Assembly (NCBI GenBank): GCA_018652685.1
Contig: JABIBQ010000080.1
Span: 8,357-72,356, forward strand
Source of the DNA: Candidatus Bathyarchaeota archaeon
GTDB lineage: Archaea > Thermoproteota > Bathyarchaeia > TCS64
Reading direction: 5' to 3'
DNA: 64,000 nt
Below the pieces are notes generated by a model. The model was not told the DNA's origin and ran no database searches. It saw only the letters and a list, made by a program, of their open reading frames with translations. A program made the translations under genes and the position numbers. Positions 44,892-54,735 of the stretch are shown piece after piece (positions within the stretch are counted from its first letter, which is position 1; the number at the start of each line of letters is the position of its first letter).

Positions 44892-46193
44892 GTGGGCATT
44901 ATGACCCAAAATCAATCTATCAAGGATCGCTGGGATAACATGTACTTCGGCTGGAAGACGGTTATCGCCGGCGCTATCATTGCCTGTTGGGGATACGGGA
45001 GCTGGTACTACGGTATGGGCGCTTTGCTCCTCCCACTCACCCAGGAATTCGGATGGACTAGGACCCAGTTAACCCTGGCCTTCAGCATGCGCAGCATTGA
45101 GGGCGGCCTTGAGGGCCCTATCGGTGGCTGGCTCATCGACAGGTACGGCGAGCGGAAGATAACGATCATATCCACTATAATCGCATGTGTTGGCCTCGTA
45201 GCGGTCCTCTACGTGAAGACCATCTGGCAGTTCGTCATCGTCTGGGGTTTCATCGTAAGCCTCGGATTCAACCTGGGCCTCTATGACACGGTCAACAGCG
45301 CAGTGGCCAAATGGTTCCACAGGGACAGGAGCAGGGCCATCGGCATTGTCACAATCGGCGGTGGACTGGGTGCACCTGTAATCGTGCCAATCATGGCCTT
45401 CATTATCCAAGATTATGGCTGGAGGTCAGCCCTGATCTTCGTAATCGTTTCAACAGCGGCCCTGTGCATCCCATTGGCGTGGTTCTTCATGAAGGACCAC
45501 CCCCCAGAGTTCTACGGTATGTTACCCGACGGCGATCACCTCAGGGTGAAAGAGGGCGAGGAACCAACGAAGGTAGACTATGGCTATGACTTTACTCCAA
45601 AGGAGGCATTGAAGACCAAGAGTTTCTGGATGATGCTCGTAGCATTCATGCTCAACGGTGGGACCCTAGCAATGATCACCATCCACCAGATGGCGTTCCA
45701 CCAGAGCCTTGGCATCGACGCACTGGCGGCGGCTGGTATTCTCGGGCTCATGGCCACCATTAGCCTTGGAGGACGGTTCCTCACTGTCACACTGGGTAAC
45801 AAGTACACCGAAAGGCAGTATATCATGCTGGGGTACACCCTGCGAACCATCGGGTTAGTCATCTTCATCTACGCGAGGACGATCCCGATCATAATGATAT
45901 TCGCACTGTTCTACGGCGTCGGGTACGGCATCACTATCCCATCCCAGACGAGCCTCAGAGCCAACTATTTCGGTAGGAAGGCGTACGCGACAATCACTGG
46001 GTACACGACAATGTTCGGTGCCATCACTAACGTGGCCTACCCAGTGTTTGCGGCGTGGATCTACGATACGACCGGCAGCTACATCCAGGCGTTCTGGATA
46101 GTTACAGCACTACAGGCATTCGCCATCGTGTTTATGTACCTGGCCAAGAAGCCTGAGCCACCAATCGGCGTGGTCGCACCAGTCTCTATCTAG
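44892..46193 (+). CDS. MFS transporter (OFA/monocarboxylate-like)
   Basis: YFGW, EFGWTR, GWLIDRYG, KWFHRDRSRA, YFGRK. Confidence 0.85.
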   Translation: MGIMTQNQSIKDRWDNMYFGWKTVIAGAIIACWGYGSWYYGMGALLLPLTQEFGWTRTQLTLAFSMRSIEGGLEGPIGGWLIDRYGERKITIISTIIACVGLVAVLYVKTIWQFVIVWGFIVSLGFNLGLYDTVNSAVAKWFHRDRSRAIGIVTIGGGLGAPVIVPIMAFIIQDYGWRSALIFVIVSTAALCIPLAWFFMKDHPPEFYGMLPDGDHLRVKEGEEPTKVDYGYDFTPKEALKTKSFWMMLVAFMLNGGTLAMITIHQMAFHQSLGIDALAAAGILGLMATISLGGRFLTVTLGNKYTERQYIMLGYTLRTIGLVIFIYARTIPIIMIFALFYGVGYGITIPSQTSLRANYFGRKAYATITGYTTMFGAITNVAYPVFAAWIYDTTGSYIQAFWIVTALQAFAIVFMYLAKKPEPPIGVVAPVSI

Positions 46194-46392
46194 ACCATTT
46201 TTTAATGGGACTCTTGGAGTCCTGAATATTTTTACAACTTTGGAAAATTCATTTTCTCGGAAAACAATCAAACATTGTAATCGAAAATATCAAAGCTCAA
46301 AGAGGGATTTACCCAAGAATTCTAGGAAAAAACTTGCAGAAATAATGAGGCCAATTATTGAGAGTGGAATGAGTATAGAATAAGAATGGGGA

Positions 46393-47718
46393 TTAGACCT
46401 GAGCCTTCTCAGGCTCATGGACCAGGAACTGGACCATCAGCGCGCTCATGAACAAGGCTACACTTGTGATCTGCCAGACCAAGGTTGGGCTGTAAGCGTA
46501 TACCTGTCCGCCTACCCATGCGCCGAGAGCTGCTGGAGGGAAGATCAAGAACCCTCCGCCCCAGAAGTTACCCCAGCTGATCTGGACTCCACGCTCACCT
46601 AGAAGGCTGTAAAGCCTTCCACGACGCTCCCTCGGGATCATGTTGGCGATCAGTGTGCTGAAACCAGGGATCATGATCTTGTTGCATAGCGCGATCATGG
46701 TTATTATTCCCGTCACTGCCCAGAAACCGTTAGCATACTGGAACACGAAGATTATGAAAGGAGCAACAATCATCCCCGCCATAACTGATTTTTTTGGGCC
46801 CCACTTATCCACTGCACCTCCGAGAGGGAGGGCGAATATTAGGGCGACCACTCCGCTCCACAGGTTGACGTTCCCCCATTCCTGGATGCTTATGCCCACG
46901 ATATCTTTGGCATATAGTGACCAGAAAGGTGCGCTCATCGCGACGAAGAAAGCCGCTATCACCTCGATTAGGACGATTGTTTTCAGTGACCTATCCATCC
47001 ACTTGACAGAATCAACGATGCTTGCATAGCTCTGCTTGAGCACGGATAGAGTATCGCCCCACGAGTAAGACTCTGATTCGTCTTCCTCAATGGTCTCGGT
47101 AAGATATTTCAACCTGAGCCAGGCAACAACGAGACCGGTGCCAAACGCAACGGTCCAAGCCAGTTTGACTGCTTTGATCAGTGCGAGGTCTTCTGAAAGT
47201 CCAGAGGTAGCTTGATAATAACCGATCAGGCGACCACCAATGACTGGAGCCAGGATACGGATAGCCTGAGGCACCGCCATCATGATGGCAAAACCTTTCC
47301 CTCTGACGCCTGGTGGCAGGCTGTCGCTACTCAGCGCGTTCATCGCGGGCATGTAGAAGAGTAGAAGCTGAGAGAGGAATTGGCCAAGAGCCAAGGTCTG
47401 CCAGTCATTAGCTATAATGAACGGGATATGGGCGAAGGCGTAAAGCACCGTACTATACCCGATGAGTTTTACCCTGCCCGATTTGTCAGCCAAGAAGCCA
47501 CCAACGGGATAAAGGAACATACCAGCAAGGATCCCGATACTGCTGATGAAGCCGATGTCCTGCTTCGTTCCCCCTATCGCCTCGATATAGTAGCTAAAAT
47601 AGGGGTAGACGATGCTTGTGCTGAGGCTCCAAAGCAGCCTGCATATTATGAGTATCTTGATGTTGCCCTGGATGAACCAGAACATACCTTTCTTTTCCTG
47701 TTCGCTTATGGCTGTCAT
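46393..47718 (-). CDS. MFS transporter
   Basis: GFLADKSGR, DSLPPGVRG; about 12 TM; start 47718 inferred. Confidence 0.85.
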   Translation of the reverse strand: MTAISEQEKKGMFWFIQGNIKILIICRLLWSLSTSIVYPYFSYYIEAIGGTKQDIGFISSIGILAGMFLYPVGGFLADKSGRVKLIGYSTVLYAFAHIPFIIANDWQTLALGQFLSQLLLFYMPAMNALSSDSLPPGVRGKGFAIMMAVPQAIRILAPVIGGRLIGYYQATSGLSEDLALIKAVKLAWTVAFGTGLVVAWLRLKYLTETIEEDESESYSWGDTLSVLKQSYASIVDSVKWMDRSLKTIVLIEVIAAFFVAMSAPFWSLYAKDIVGISIQEWGNVNLWSGVVALIFALPLGGAVDKWGPKKSVMAGMIVAPFIIFVFQYANGFWAVTGIITMIALCNKIMIPGFSTLIANMIPRERRGRLYSLLGERGVQISWGNFWGGGFLIFPPAALGAWVGGQVYAYSPTLVWQITSVALFMSALMVQFLVHEPEKAQV

Positions 47719-47879
47719 TGTAGTCTCACCTCTGGTAGCCTGATCGGGGTGTTCCCCCTTCTCCACAGCCCCAGAATTTCAAACAGGGGGCGCAGGTATA
47801 ACTATTAAACATTGTTACAACGCTACATGTATCTGTACCAAAAACGATTTGAAAATAGATAGGGGTTAGAAAAAAATCG

Positions 47880-49040
47880 CTAATATTTTGGGATGGAAGG
47901 ATCCACATCGTCGGCCCACCCATGAAGGCCGCCCACGAGGTTTCTGAGCTTCGTGAACCCTGATTCTCGTAACTGATTCAAAGCTCTGGCGCTGCGAATC
48001 CCTGTGCGACATATTAGCACGATGTCATCTGCCGTGTCAAGCTCATTCATCCTAGCCAGGACGTCTCCTTCAGGAATGAAAGTAGAGCCCGTGATGTGAC
48101 AGATATCCCATTCGTGGGGCTCCCTCACGTCGACCAAGACGACCTTGCCTTCCCTCTGGAGCTCGGAGTTGAGATCACTCGGAGTGATATTCCAATCAGC
48201 CCCCAATTCCTCGACGTGGGCCTCCTCGCTTCCCATTGATATCCCGCAAAACTGCTCATAGTCAATCAGCTCGTGGATAGTCGGGTTCTCCCCGCATATA
48301 GGGCAGTCCGGGTCTTTCATTGGCTTGACCTCCCTCCACCTCATATCGAGGGCGTTGAACAGGAGCAACCTCCCGATGAGAGGGTCACCTGAACCTAGTA
48401 TCTGCTTGATTACCTCCGTTGCCTGTATCGTCCCCATTATTCCCGGAAGAATTCCTAGGACCCCACCCTCAGCGCAGCTCGGGACCATACCCGGTGGCGG
48501 TGGCTCTGGATATAGGCAGCGATAACACGGCCCTTTCTCGGCGTGGAACACAGATGCCTGCCCCTCGAACCTGAATATGCTTGCGTACACGTTGGGCTTC
48601 CCAAGGAGCACGCAGACATCGTTTGTCAGATACCTCGTCGGGAAGTTGTCTGTGCCGTCTGCTATCACGTCATAATCCCTGCAGATATCCATGGCGTTGG
48701 CCGATGAGAACATCGCCTCGTGCAACACGATCTCAATCTCGGGGTTGATAGCACGCAGTTTCTCAGCCGCTGACTCAAGCTTTGGCCTCCCAACGTCGGC
48801 TGTATGGTGAAGGATCTGCCGTTGAAGGTTGCTGAAGTCAACCACATCAAAATCAACGAGGCCGATACGCCCAACTCCCGCGGCTGCGAGGTACATGGCC
48901 AAAGGAGACCCTAGGCCGCCTACTCCGATGCAGAGCACGCTGGCCTCCTTGAGTTTTTTCTGACCGGCCAAGCCGACCTCAGGCATTATGAGGTGCCTGC
49001 TGTACCTCAGTATCTCCTGGTGGGATAACTCCGTGACCAA
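47880..49040 (-). CDS. moeB: MoeB/E1-like adenylyltransferase fused to rhodanese (MoeZ/MoeBR type)
   Basis: RYSRH, GVGGLG, SNLQRQ, DNFPTRY, CYRC, SCAEGG, CPIC; rhodanese CRTGIRS. Confidence 0.92.
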   Translation of the reverse strand: MVTELSHQEILRYSRHLIMPEVGLAGQKKLKEASVLCIGVGGLGSPLAMYLAAAGVGRIGLVDFDVVDFSNLQRQILHHTADVGRPKLESAAEKLRAINPEIEIVLHEAMFSSANAMDICRDYDVIADGTDNFPTRYLTNDVCVLLGKPNVYASIFRFEGQASVFHAEKGPCYRCLYPEPPPPGMVPSCAEGGVLGILPGIMGTIQATEVIKQILGSGDPLIGRLLLFNALDMRWREVKPMKDPDCPICGENPTIHELIDYEQFCGISMGSEEAHVEELGADWNITPSDLNSELQREGKVVLVDVREPHEWDICHITGSTFIPEGDVLARMNELDTADDIVLICRTGIRSARALNQLRESGFTKLRNLVGGLHGWADDVDPSIPKY

Positions 49041-49043
49041 ATG

Positions 49044-49322
49044 CTAGCCTCCACTAACGGCGGGTATCAATGATACCTCGTCTTTGTTTGCCAGCTCGGT
49101 GTCCAGTTTCTTGAGGAAACGGTAGTCCCTGCCGTTGACGTATATGTTGATGAAACGTCTGGGCTTGCCGTTGGCGTCGTAGAGTTTTTCGTTGAAAGCC
49201 CCACCGTATCTGGTTGAAAGCCCGGTTAGGACCTCAGATAGGGATGATGCCTCTACCTCAATGTTTGTAACGCCCGCAACAGCTGCGAGCGCACCGGATA
49301 ACGAGACCGTTACAGTTGACAT
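49044..49322 (-). CDS. MoaD/SAMP/CysO-like sulfur carrier
   Basis: 92 aa, FINIYVNG, ends PAVSGG; 3 bp from moeB. Confidence 0.9.
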   Translation of the reverse strand: MSTVTVSLSGALAAVAGVTNIEVEASSLSEVLTGLSTRYGGAFNEKLYDANGKPRRFINIYVNGRDYRFLKKLDTELANKDEVSLIPAVSGG

Positions 49323-49536
49323 GGTCTAGCCTCCTTTGTGTTTGATTTTCTCTGCTGTGTAACTGGTTCCACGGTATGATTTCGTACAAGCGATCCGTAG
49401 ATGTTCCCGGTCAGGCGTGTTGAGCGCCTGTAAATATAACTGAGTGTCGATTCCTCCTGATAGTGTCCCTCCTACATCCAATCCGATATTAATATAGTTC
49501 TATCAATAATAATCCTAATGGAATAATAGGGAGGGG

Positions 49537-49794
49537 TTATTTCTTGGTGACCTTGAACGTGACCAGGTTCCACCTGTCAGGGCACTCATATTTCCACTCG
49601 TCGTTGTTGTACCAGGGTATCTGTCCACCGTAGCACATGTTCATCAGTGTTGGGAACATATCGTGGTAACAGTACCCGCAGATGCCTCCCGTCTTGTGGG
49701 TATTAACCTCAAACTTGTCCCCCACTTTGTGGCCGGCGCTGCAGTCCTTGAGCACGCTGACCACTTCAGCCTCGTATATCGGTTCTTCAGCCAT
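49537..49794 (-). CDS. TIGR04076-family Cys-rich small protein
   Basis: CSAGHKVGDKF, ICGYCYHDMFP, CPD; start MAEEP at 49794 inferred. Confidence 0.75.
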   Translation of the reverse strand: MAEEPIYEAEVVSVLKDCSAGHKVGDKFEVNTHKTGGICGYCYHDMFPTLMNMCYGGQIPWYNNDEWKYECPDRWNLVTFKVTKK

Positions 49795-49877
49795 GTGTAT
49801 CATGTATCCAAGACATCTTGAGTTGATAACTGTTTTAGAGGCCATCACCCAGATGAGCCTCAAGGATTACGAGTAAT

Positions 49878-51170
49878 TTATGGACGGAGGAGTTTCTCTT
49901 TCTTCCTCGAGGGCTCTTCGACCCCGACCATGAACAGTGCTACGGCTATGAGCCCTGTTATGGCACTCACCCTGAAAGGCCAGATGGGGCCAAGGTTGTT
50001 CCACAGCCAGCTGCCTGCGAGGGAAGCTGGCGCTGCAACCACACCTGTGATAGTGCCGATGGTTCCCATCACGGTTGCCCGCTTCTCCTTTGGTACCAAA
50101 TCTGCGACTAATGCCTGCCAAGCCGGTCCACCTGCGTTGCCCATCCTGCCTCCACCTCCAAATGCCTCGGATAGTGAGTTCGTAGCTTGAGCCAGGAGGT
50201 ACTGGGGGAAGTTACCTGCAAGTGTTGTTCCGAACATGGAGAGAGGTGTGAGGAACCTGGATAGGCTGATGATGGGTTTCCTTCCGACGCGGTCGGAGAT
50301 CATTCCCCCTGGCATTGACAGCGCCGATGTGATGATTCCTCCTATGGTTGTAACTAGTCCGAGCTGGGTGTAGGATAGCCCGATTACCTCTTGTGCGTAG
50401 ATTGGCACCAAAGAGAACACCATCCTCGCCCCGAAGGCACTCAGGACTGCTACAAGCACCATTACCCACACGTTCTTACCGAGGGTCATGGTCTCAACGA
50501 CCTGCTCCTTGATGGGGAGTCGCTTCTTGGCCCTGCCCTTCATCTCCTCCTCGTCGAACAGTGTCTCCGTGATTATCCTGTAGCGGGCATAGGTCACGAC
50601 GGCGTTGATGAATATGCTGAGGAACATGAACAGTCTGAAACCCTCGGCTGGCCCCATCCTGTCGAACAGGTACCCACCTATGATTGGACTGAATATCCGG
50701 GGGGTCGATGTGATCATCCTGAACGCCCCGTACCCGGCTCCTCTCTCGTCCTCGGGTAGGCTGTCGGCTATTATCGCGTTGAATGCCGGCATGTATATGC
50801 TGGTCACGCCGTTCAGGAGGAGGGCGGGTATCATCGTGACCCAGTCGGTAGCCCACAGATACAGCATGGGCGTGAATATCCTGAGGGCCGTACCGTACAC
50901 GATGATCTTTCGCCTGCCGAATCTGTCGGCTATGACACCGCCAGGTAACTGGAAGAGGAGGCGCTCAGATTGGCCCAGCATTGATAGGAACGAGATAGCC
51001 CAAACGCTTGCACCTAGGACATCCTTCAAATAGAGTGACCAGAATGGCCTCCACCCCGCGTCACAGAGGGTGATCATGCTGGTGGTGATTGCGATGGTTG
51101 TAATGTTCTTGCTGCTGAAAACCAGTTTTATGGTTTGCCAATATGATCTTTTTCCGGACAAAAATTGCAC
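49878..51170 (-). CDS. MFS transporter
   Basis: GVIADRFGRR, GMISDRVGRK; about 12 TM. Confidence 0.87.
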   Translation of the reverse strand: MQFLSGKRSYWQTIKLVFSSKNITTIAITTSMITLCDAGWRPFWSLYLKDVLGASVWAISFLSMLGQSERLLFQLPGGVIADRFGRRKIIVYGTALRIFTPMLYLWATDWVTMIPALLLNGVTSIYMPAFNAIIADSLPEDERGAGYGAFRMITSTPRIFSPIIGGYLFDRMGPAEGFRLFMFLSIFINAVVTYARYRIITETLFDEEEMKGRAKKRLPIKEQVVETMTLGKNVWVMVLVAVLSAFGARMVFSLVPIYAQEVIGLSYTQLGLVTTIGGIITSALSMPGGMISDRVGRKPIISLSRFLTPLSMFGTTLAGNFPQYLLAQATNSLSEAFGGGGRMGNAGGPAWQALVADLVPKEKRATVMGTIGTITGVVAAPASLAGSWLWNNLGPIWPFRVSAITGLIAVALFMVGVEEPSRKKEKLLRP

Positions 51171-51243
51171 CTAGATGATACCTTACACTCCATTGTTACG
51201 GTATAAGGCTTTGTAGCGAAAATAATGGGTTTGAAAAAAAGGT

Positions 51244-53799
51244 TTAGCCCAGGAGGCTGTTGAAGAGCAACTTGAACGTTCCGTGAGTCTGGCACCTGTG
51301 CTGCACCCTTGGCCCCATGAGGACAACATGTCCCTCTCCAACGTGGGCGTAGATGGCAGCGATCTTGTCTGCGATCTTCTCCTCACCCACCAGCCAGCCC
51401 GACTCCAGGATATCACTGTCAGGGTAAACCGCGAGTACTTCGTACATGTGGTTGTTGGGCCCTGGGTTGACCTTGAAAGCAGGGCTGCCCCAGAATAGGG
51501 CCAGCGCATCCTCGGGCATACCGTAGGCGGCAGGGTGGGTGTTCTCAACCTCGACGCGGAGGGTGCTGCCTGGGCAGTGGAACTCCTTGGCCCCCAGCCC
51601 CTTCACAGTGTCAGTGATTGGCAAGTCGAGGGCTTCGATGGCGTACCCCGTGGACGCACCTATCGTGTACATGGTACCACCTGCCTTGGTCCACTCGACC
51701 AGCTTCTCCTTTCCCTCATCCCCGAGTCCTGTCTCGTACTCCGGTGGGTAGACCGTGAGCGGCCAACCCGGTCGGGTCTCAGCCCACCACTTCTTCATAT
51801 CGTCACCTCCGGCTAACATCTCCTTAGAGTCGTGGGCCAGAATGATGACGTCGTACTCGCCCAGGTCTCCCTCCTTGATGTCCTTGTCGTTGAGTAGGGT
51901 GTAATCGAAGCAGAACTGCTCAAGGACGAGTCGTGTCCAGCCCATGTCCATGTTTCCGCCCCAGAGCCTGTGGTACATGCCCACCTTGAGGCTCTTGACG
52001 TCCTCCATCTCTGCCTCAAGCTCGGCCAGTGCGTGGAAGGTGACGCCGATGTGAGTGGCAACCTCGTTTAACTTCTCCTCGTAGCCTGCTGCGACCACGA
52101 AACAGCCTGCAGGTAGTTCATGGTCACCTGCGATCACCGGCTCAAGGATGCGCTTGATGGGCACGCCCTGCTTCAGCAACAGGTTTACCGCCTTGAAAGA
52201 GGCGTTCTCTCTGGTGTCCAGCAGGTAACCAACCTTGCTGTCCTCGTCTACATAGCCCACCGGTGCCTTGTACTCGGTGACTGGCTCAACCTGGAACTCG
52301 CTCAGGTAATCAGCCGCGTGAACATTGACGCCCATGAACTCCGCCATTGTGTCAGTGGCGGTGTCGTAGGGCCTGTTGGGTGTGCCGTCCCCCATCCTCG
52401 TGAAGCTGTTGTCAGGGAACCTCGTCCTGGTCAGCAGGGTCTTGATGAGCCCTGACTTCGGCTGGGCCAACGGGATCAGGTAGCTGCCCGCGCCGTGGAT
52501 GTAGCCGTCAGCAGTGAAGGGCTCGTTGGCCCGGTAGATGCTCAGCCCCTGGACAAGTAGCTTCTCTATCATGAGCTCCGCGGTCCTCGGGTCGTGCTGA
52601 TCCTCCGGGACCACGATGACCTGGGGTGATCCCTCGCCTCCCCTCTCGGTCTGCCTGATGGCCTTTTGGTACTGGTTCCAGAGCACAGTCTCTCTGTTCC
52701 TGGCAACGTGATCTAGAAGGGCCCATGCGGCGATCTTTTGCTGCTCCACGATGTCCCTCAGTGTCCACCAGCCTCCCGGCCAGGGGTTTGGGAAGTTTGT
52801 TGAAGGCTTGTAGTGAGGCATCATCCTTGTACCAACGAGGCTTTTCTCAACCGTCTCGGCCTTTAGTTGCTCTGGGTGGATGTAAAGAGGCGTGGCCAGC
52901 TTAGCGCTCGCCGACTCCGTGAGCATGGACGGGATGTTGTGGTAGATGCCTATCCAGTGGTAGCCCATGTGTGCCCATCCGCTGAAGATTGCGGCGTTGA
53001 CTATGCCTGATTTCCCCTCTTGCTCAAGCTTGTACGCCATATGGCTGCCATACCACTGGAGCTCCCTCCACACAAGGGGGTCGCCGTGGGGGTGGATGGG
53101 GTCACTGTAGGGTGCAACGTATAGCCGTGCGCCGTATGAGCCCATGTGGTGGTGGTCCTGGTACGCCTGTGGCGGCCAGTCCTTGAACATGACTTCAGCC
53201 AGGTACTGGCTCTCCACGGTGTTAGTCATGAACGCGTCCCTGTTATTGTCGTGGCCGCAGTACTTGTGGTACAGATCCGGCGGTGAGCCTCCCTCGTACT
53301 CGGTGTCAATCCACTGGTTGTACCAGTCCGTGACCATGATCTGGCCGTCGGGGTTGAAGCTGGGCACGATGATGCTGATGACCTCGTCTCTGATTCGCTT
53401 CGCTTCCTCGTCCTCGCGTGTGACCTGGTCGTATGCCAGCTCGGGTGCCATCTGGGTGCCGCCGATCTCGGTGGCGTGGAGGCTCATAGTTTGAACGATT
53501 ACTGCTTTCCCCTCGGCGATGAGGCTACTGATCTCGTCTATGGCTCTGTTCTGGGGGTCGGTGATGGACTTGTTGACCTCCTGGAGCCTGTCCATGTTGG
53601 AGAGGTTCTCCTCGCTGCTGATGTAGGCAACTAGGAACGGGTTCCCCTCGGTGGTGTCACCTGAGTTAACCACCTTGATCCTGTCAGACTCCTCCTGGAG
53701 GAGGTTGAAGTACTCTACGATCTTGTTCCACCGGGCGATCTTGCGGTCGGCTCCAAGCCTGTGACCGAAGAAATCCTCGGGGCGCGTGATTTTTGCCAT
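51244..53799 (-). CDS. M14 zinc carboxypeptidase with C-terminal GATase-like domain
   Basis: HATE (HxxE), NPDG, DNNRD, DHHHMG, LTE. Confidence 0.85.
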   Translation of the reverse strand: MAKITRPEDFFGHRLGADRKIARWNKIVEYFNLLQEESDRIKVVNSGDTTEGNPFLVAYISSEENLSNMDRLQEVNKSITDPQNRAIDEISSLIAEGKAVIVQTMSLHATEIGGTQMAPELAYDQVTREDEEAKRIRDEVISIIVPSFNPDGQIMVTDWYNQWIDTEYEGGSPPDLYHKYCGHDNNRDAFMTNTVESQYLAEVMFKDWPPQAYQDHHHMGSYGARLYVAPYSDPIHPHGDPLVWRELQWYGSHMAYKLEQEGKSGIVNAAIFSGWAHMGYHWIGIYHNIPSMLTESASAKLATPLYIHPEQLKAETVEKSLVGTRMMPHYKPSTNFPNPWPGGWWTLRDIVEQQKIAAWALLDHVARNRETVLWNQYQKAIRQTERGGEGSPQVIVVPEDQHDPRTAELMIEKLLVQGLSIYRANEPFTADGYIHGAGSYLIPLAQPKSGLIKTLLTRTRFPDNSFTRMGDGTPNRPYDTATDTMAEFMGVNVHAADYLSEFQVEPVTEYKAPVGYVDEDSKVGYLLDTRENASFKAVNLLLKQGVPIKRILEPVIAGDHELPAGCFVVAAGYEEKLNEVATHIGVTFHALAELEAEMEDVKSLKVGMYHRLWGGNMDMGWTRLVLEQFCFDYTLLNDKDIKEGDLGEYDVIILAHDSKEMLAGGDDMKKWWAETRPGWPLTVYPPEYETGLGDEGKEKLVEWTKAGGTMYTIGASTGYAIEALDLPITDTVKGLGAKEFHCPGSTLRVEVENTHPAAYGMPEDALALFWGSPAFKVNPGPNNHMYEVLAVYPDSDILESGWLVGEEKIADKIAAIYAHVGEGHVVLMGPRVQHRCQTHGTFKLLFNSLLG

Positions 53800-53862
53800 G
53801 CATCAAAGGGGACGGTTTGAGAATTTAGGGTTACTCATGACGGAAATGTTACAAATATCTAG

Positions 53863-54327
53863 CTAGGACCGGAGCCTCGCAACCTTGGCTCCGTTCACCC
53901 GCTTCATCTCCTCTGTGGACGTGTATGTGAGGGCGTTGCCTGATCCCCCACCAGAGTAGACTTTCTCCTTCTCAAGCACCTTGGGGTCCATCAGAAACGT
54001 TGCCTCATACCCGAAAGCAGGTGTCCCTCCCACGGGGTATCCTGTGAGCTCAAGTATCTCACCCGGCTCGGCGATCCTCGGTCTTGGGATTCCAAGTGCT
54101 TTACCGACCCTGCTGGTGCTTGCTCTATGCTCACCCTTGACGATGGCCACGACTAGTTTACCGCCCATGGTCACCATGCAGATGCTCTTGACGAAATCCT
54201 CGGGCTCGGCTCCGACAGCGGCAGCCGCCTCAGCAACGCTGTGGGTTGAATGAGTGAACGATATCACCTCGGCCTTTACCCCGTTCTCGACGATGTACGC
54301 CCGGAGTTTGTCCTCGAACTGGCTCAT
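53863..54327 (-). CDS. YbaK/EbsC aminoacyl-tRNA deacylase family
   Basis: HSVAEAA, FVKSI, TGYPVGGTPAFG, GGG; start MSQFE at 54327. Confidence 0.85.
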   Translation of the reverse strand: MSQFEDKLRAYIVENGVKAEVISFTHSTHSVAEAAAAVGAEPEDFVKSICMVTMGGKLVVAIVKGEHRASTSRVGKALGIPRPRIAEPGEILELTGYPVGGTPAFGYEATFLMDPKVLEKEKVYSGGGSGNALTYTSTEEMKRVNGAKVARLRS

Positions 54328-54494
54328 AGTACAAGATAACCCCGTGTCACGCTTTACGGTTTCCCACCTTGCAAGCGTTAATGCTGCCTGCAATAGTGGT
54401 GTCTAAGGCATTCTTCGTCAAACGCCGAAACGCGGTTCGTTGAGTGGCGACAACGTTTATATCTGATAGCTTAAGCTGTAACCGCTGATCACAC

Positions 54495-54692
54495 ATGGAG
54501 CAGTTGAAGAAGATCACTAACATGGACAAGGTAACACTCGCACTATTGCTGGAAGAGGGAAAGGCGAGAATCAGTGACATACAGTTCCACGTGACCCTGA
54601 GCAAGAGGCAGATCAGGTCGGCTCTCACCACTCTGGTTAGGCAGGGAATGGTCATCTACGAGATATCCACCGCTAGCTACATGCTAGTCTAG
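54495..54692 (+). CDS. Small winged-helix protein
   Basis: 65 aa, LSKRQIRSALTTLVRQGMV; TTTATAT upstream. Confidence 0.5.
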   Translation: MEQLKKITNMDKVTLALLLEEGKARISDIQFHVTLSKRQIRSALTTLVRQGMVIYEISTASYMLV

Positions 54693-54735
54693 TTCTTTCG
54701 ATAAACCTAAACTGGCGGAACACGTTTTCTCCGCC

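Noticed and set aside
46200..46392. AT-rich convergent gap with hairpin GGACTC-ttg-GAGTCC and a short open frame
   Set aside because: No recognisable homology or start; compatible with terminator/spacer sequence
49326..49481. 51-codon minus-strand ORF (TTG start) ending KGG-stop just upstream of the MoaD gene, suggesting another ubiquitin-like peptide
   Set aside because: The GG is simply the AGGAGG Shine-Dalgarno of the next gene, there is no beta-grasp pattern, and the TTG lies too close to the TATA-like tract to be transcribed
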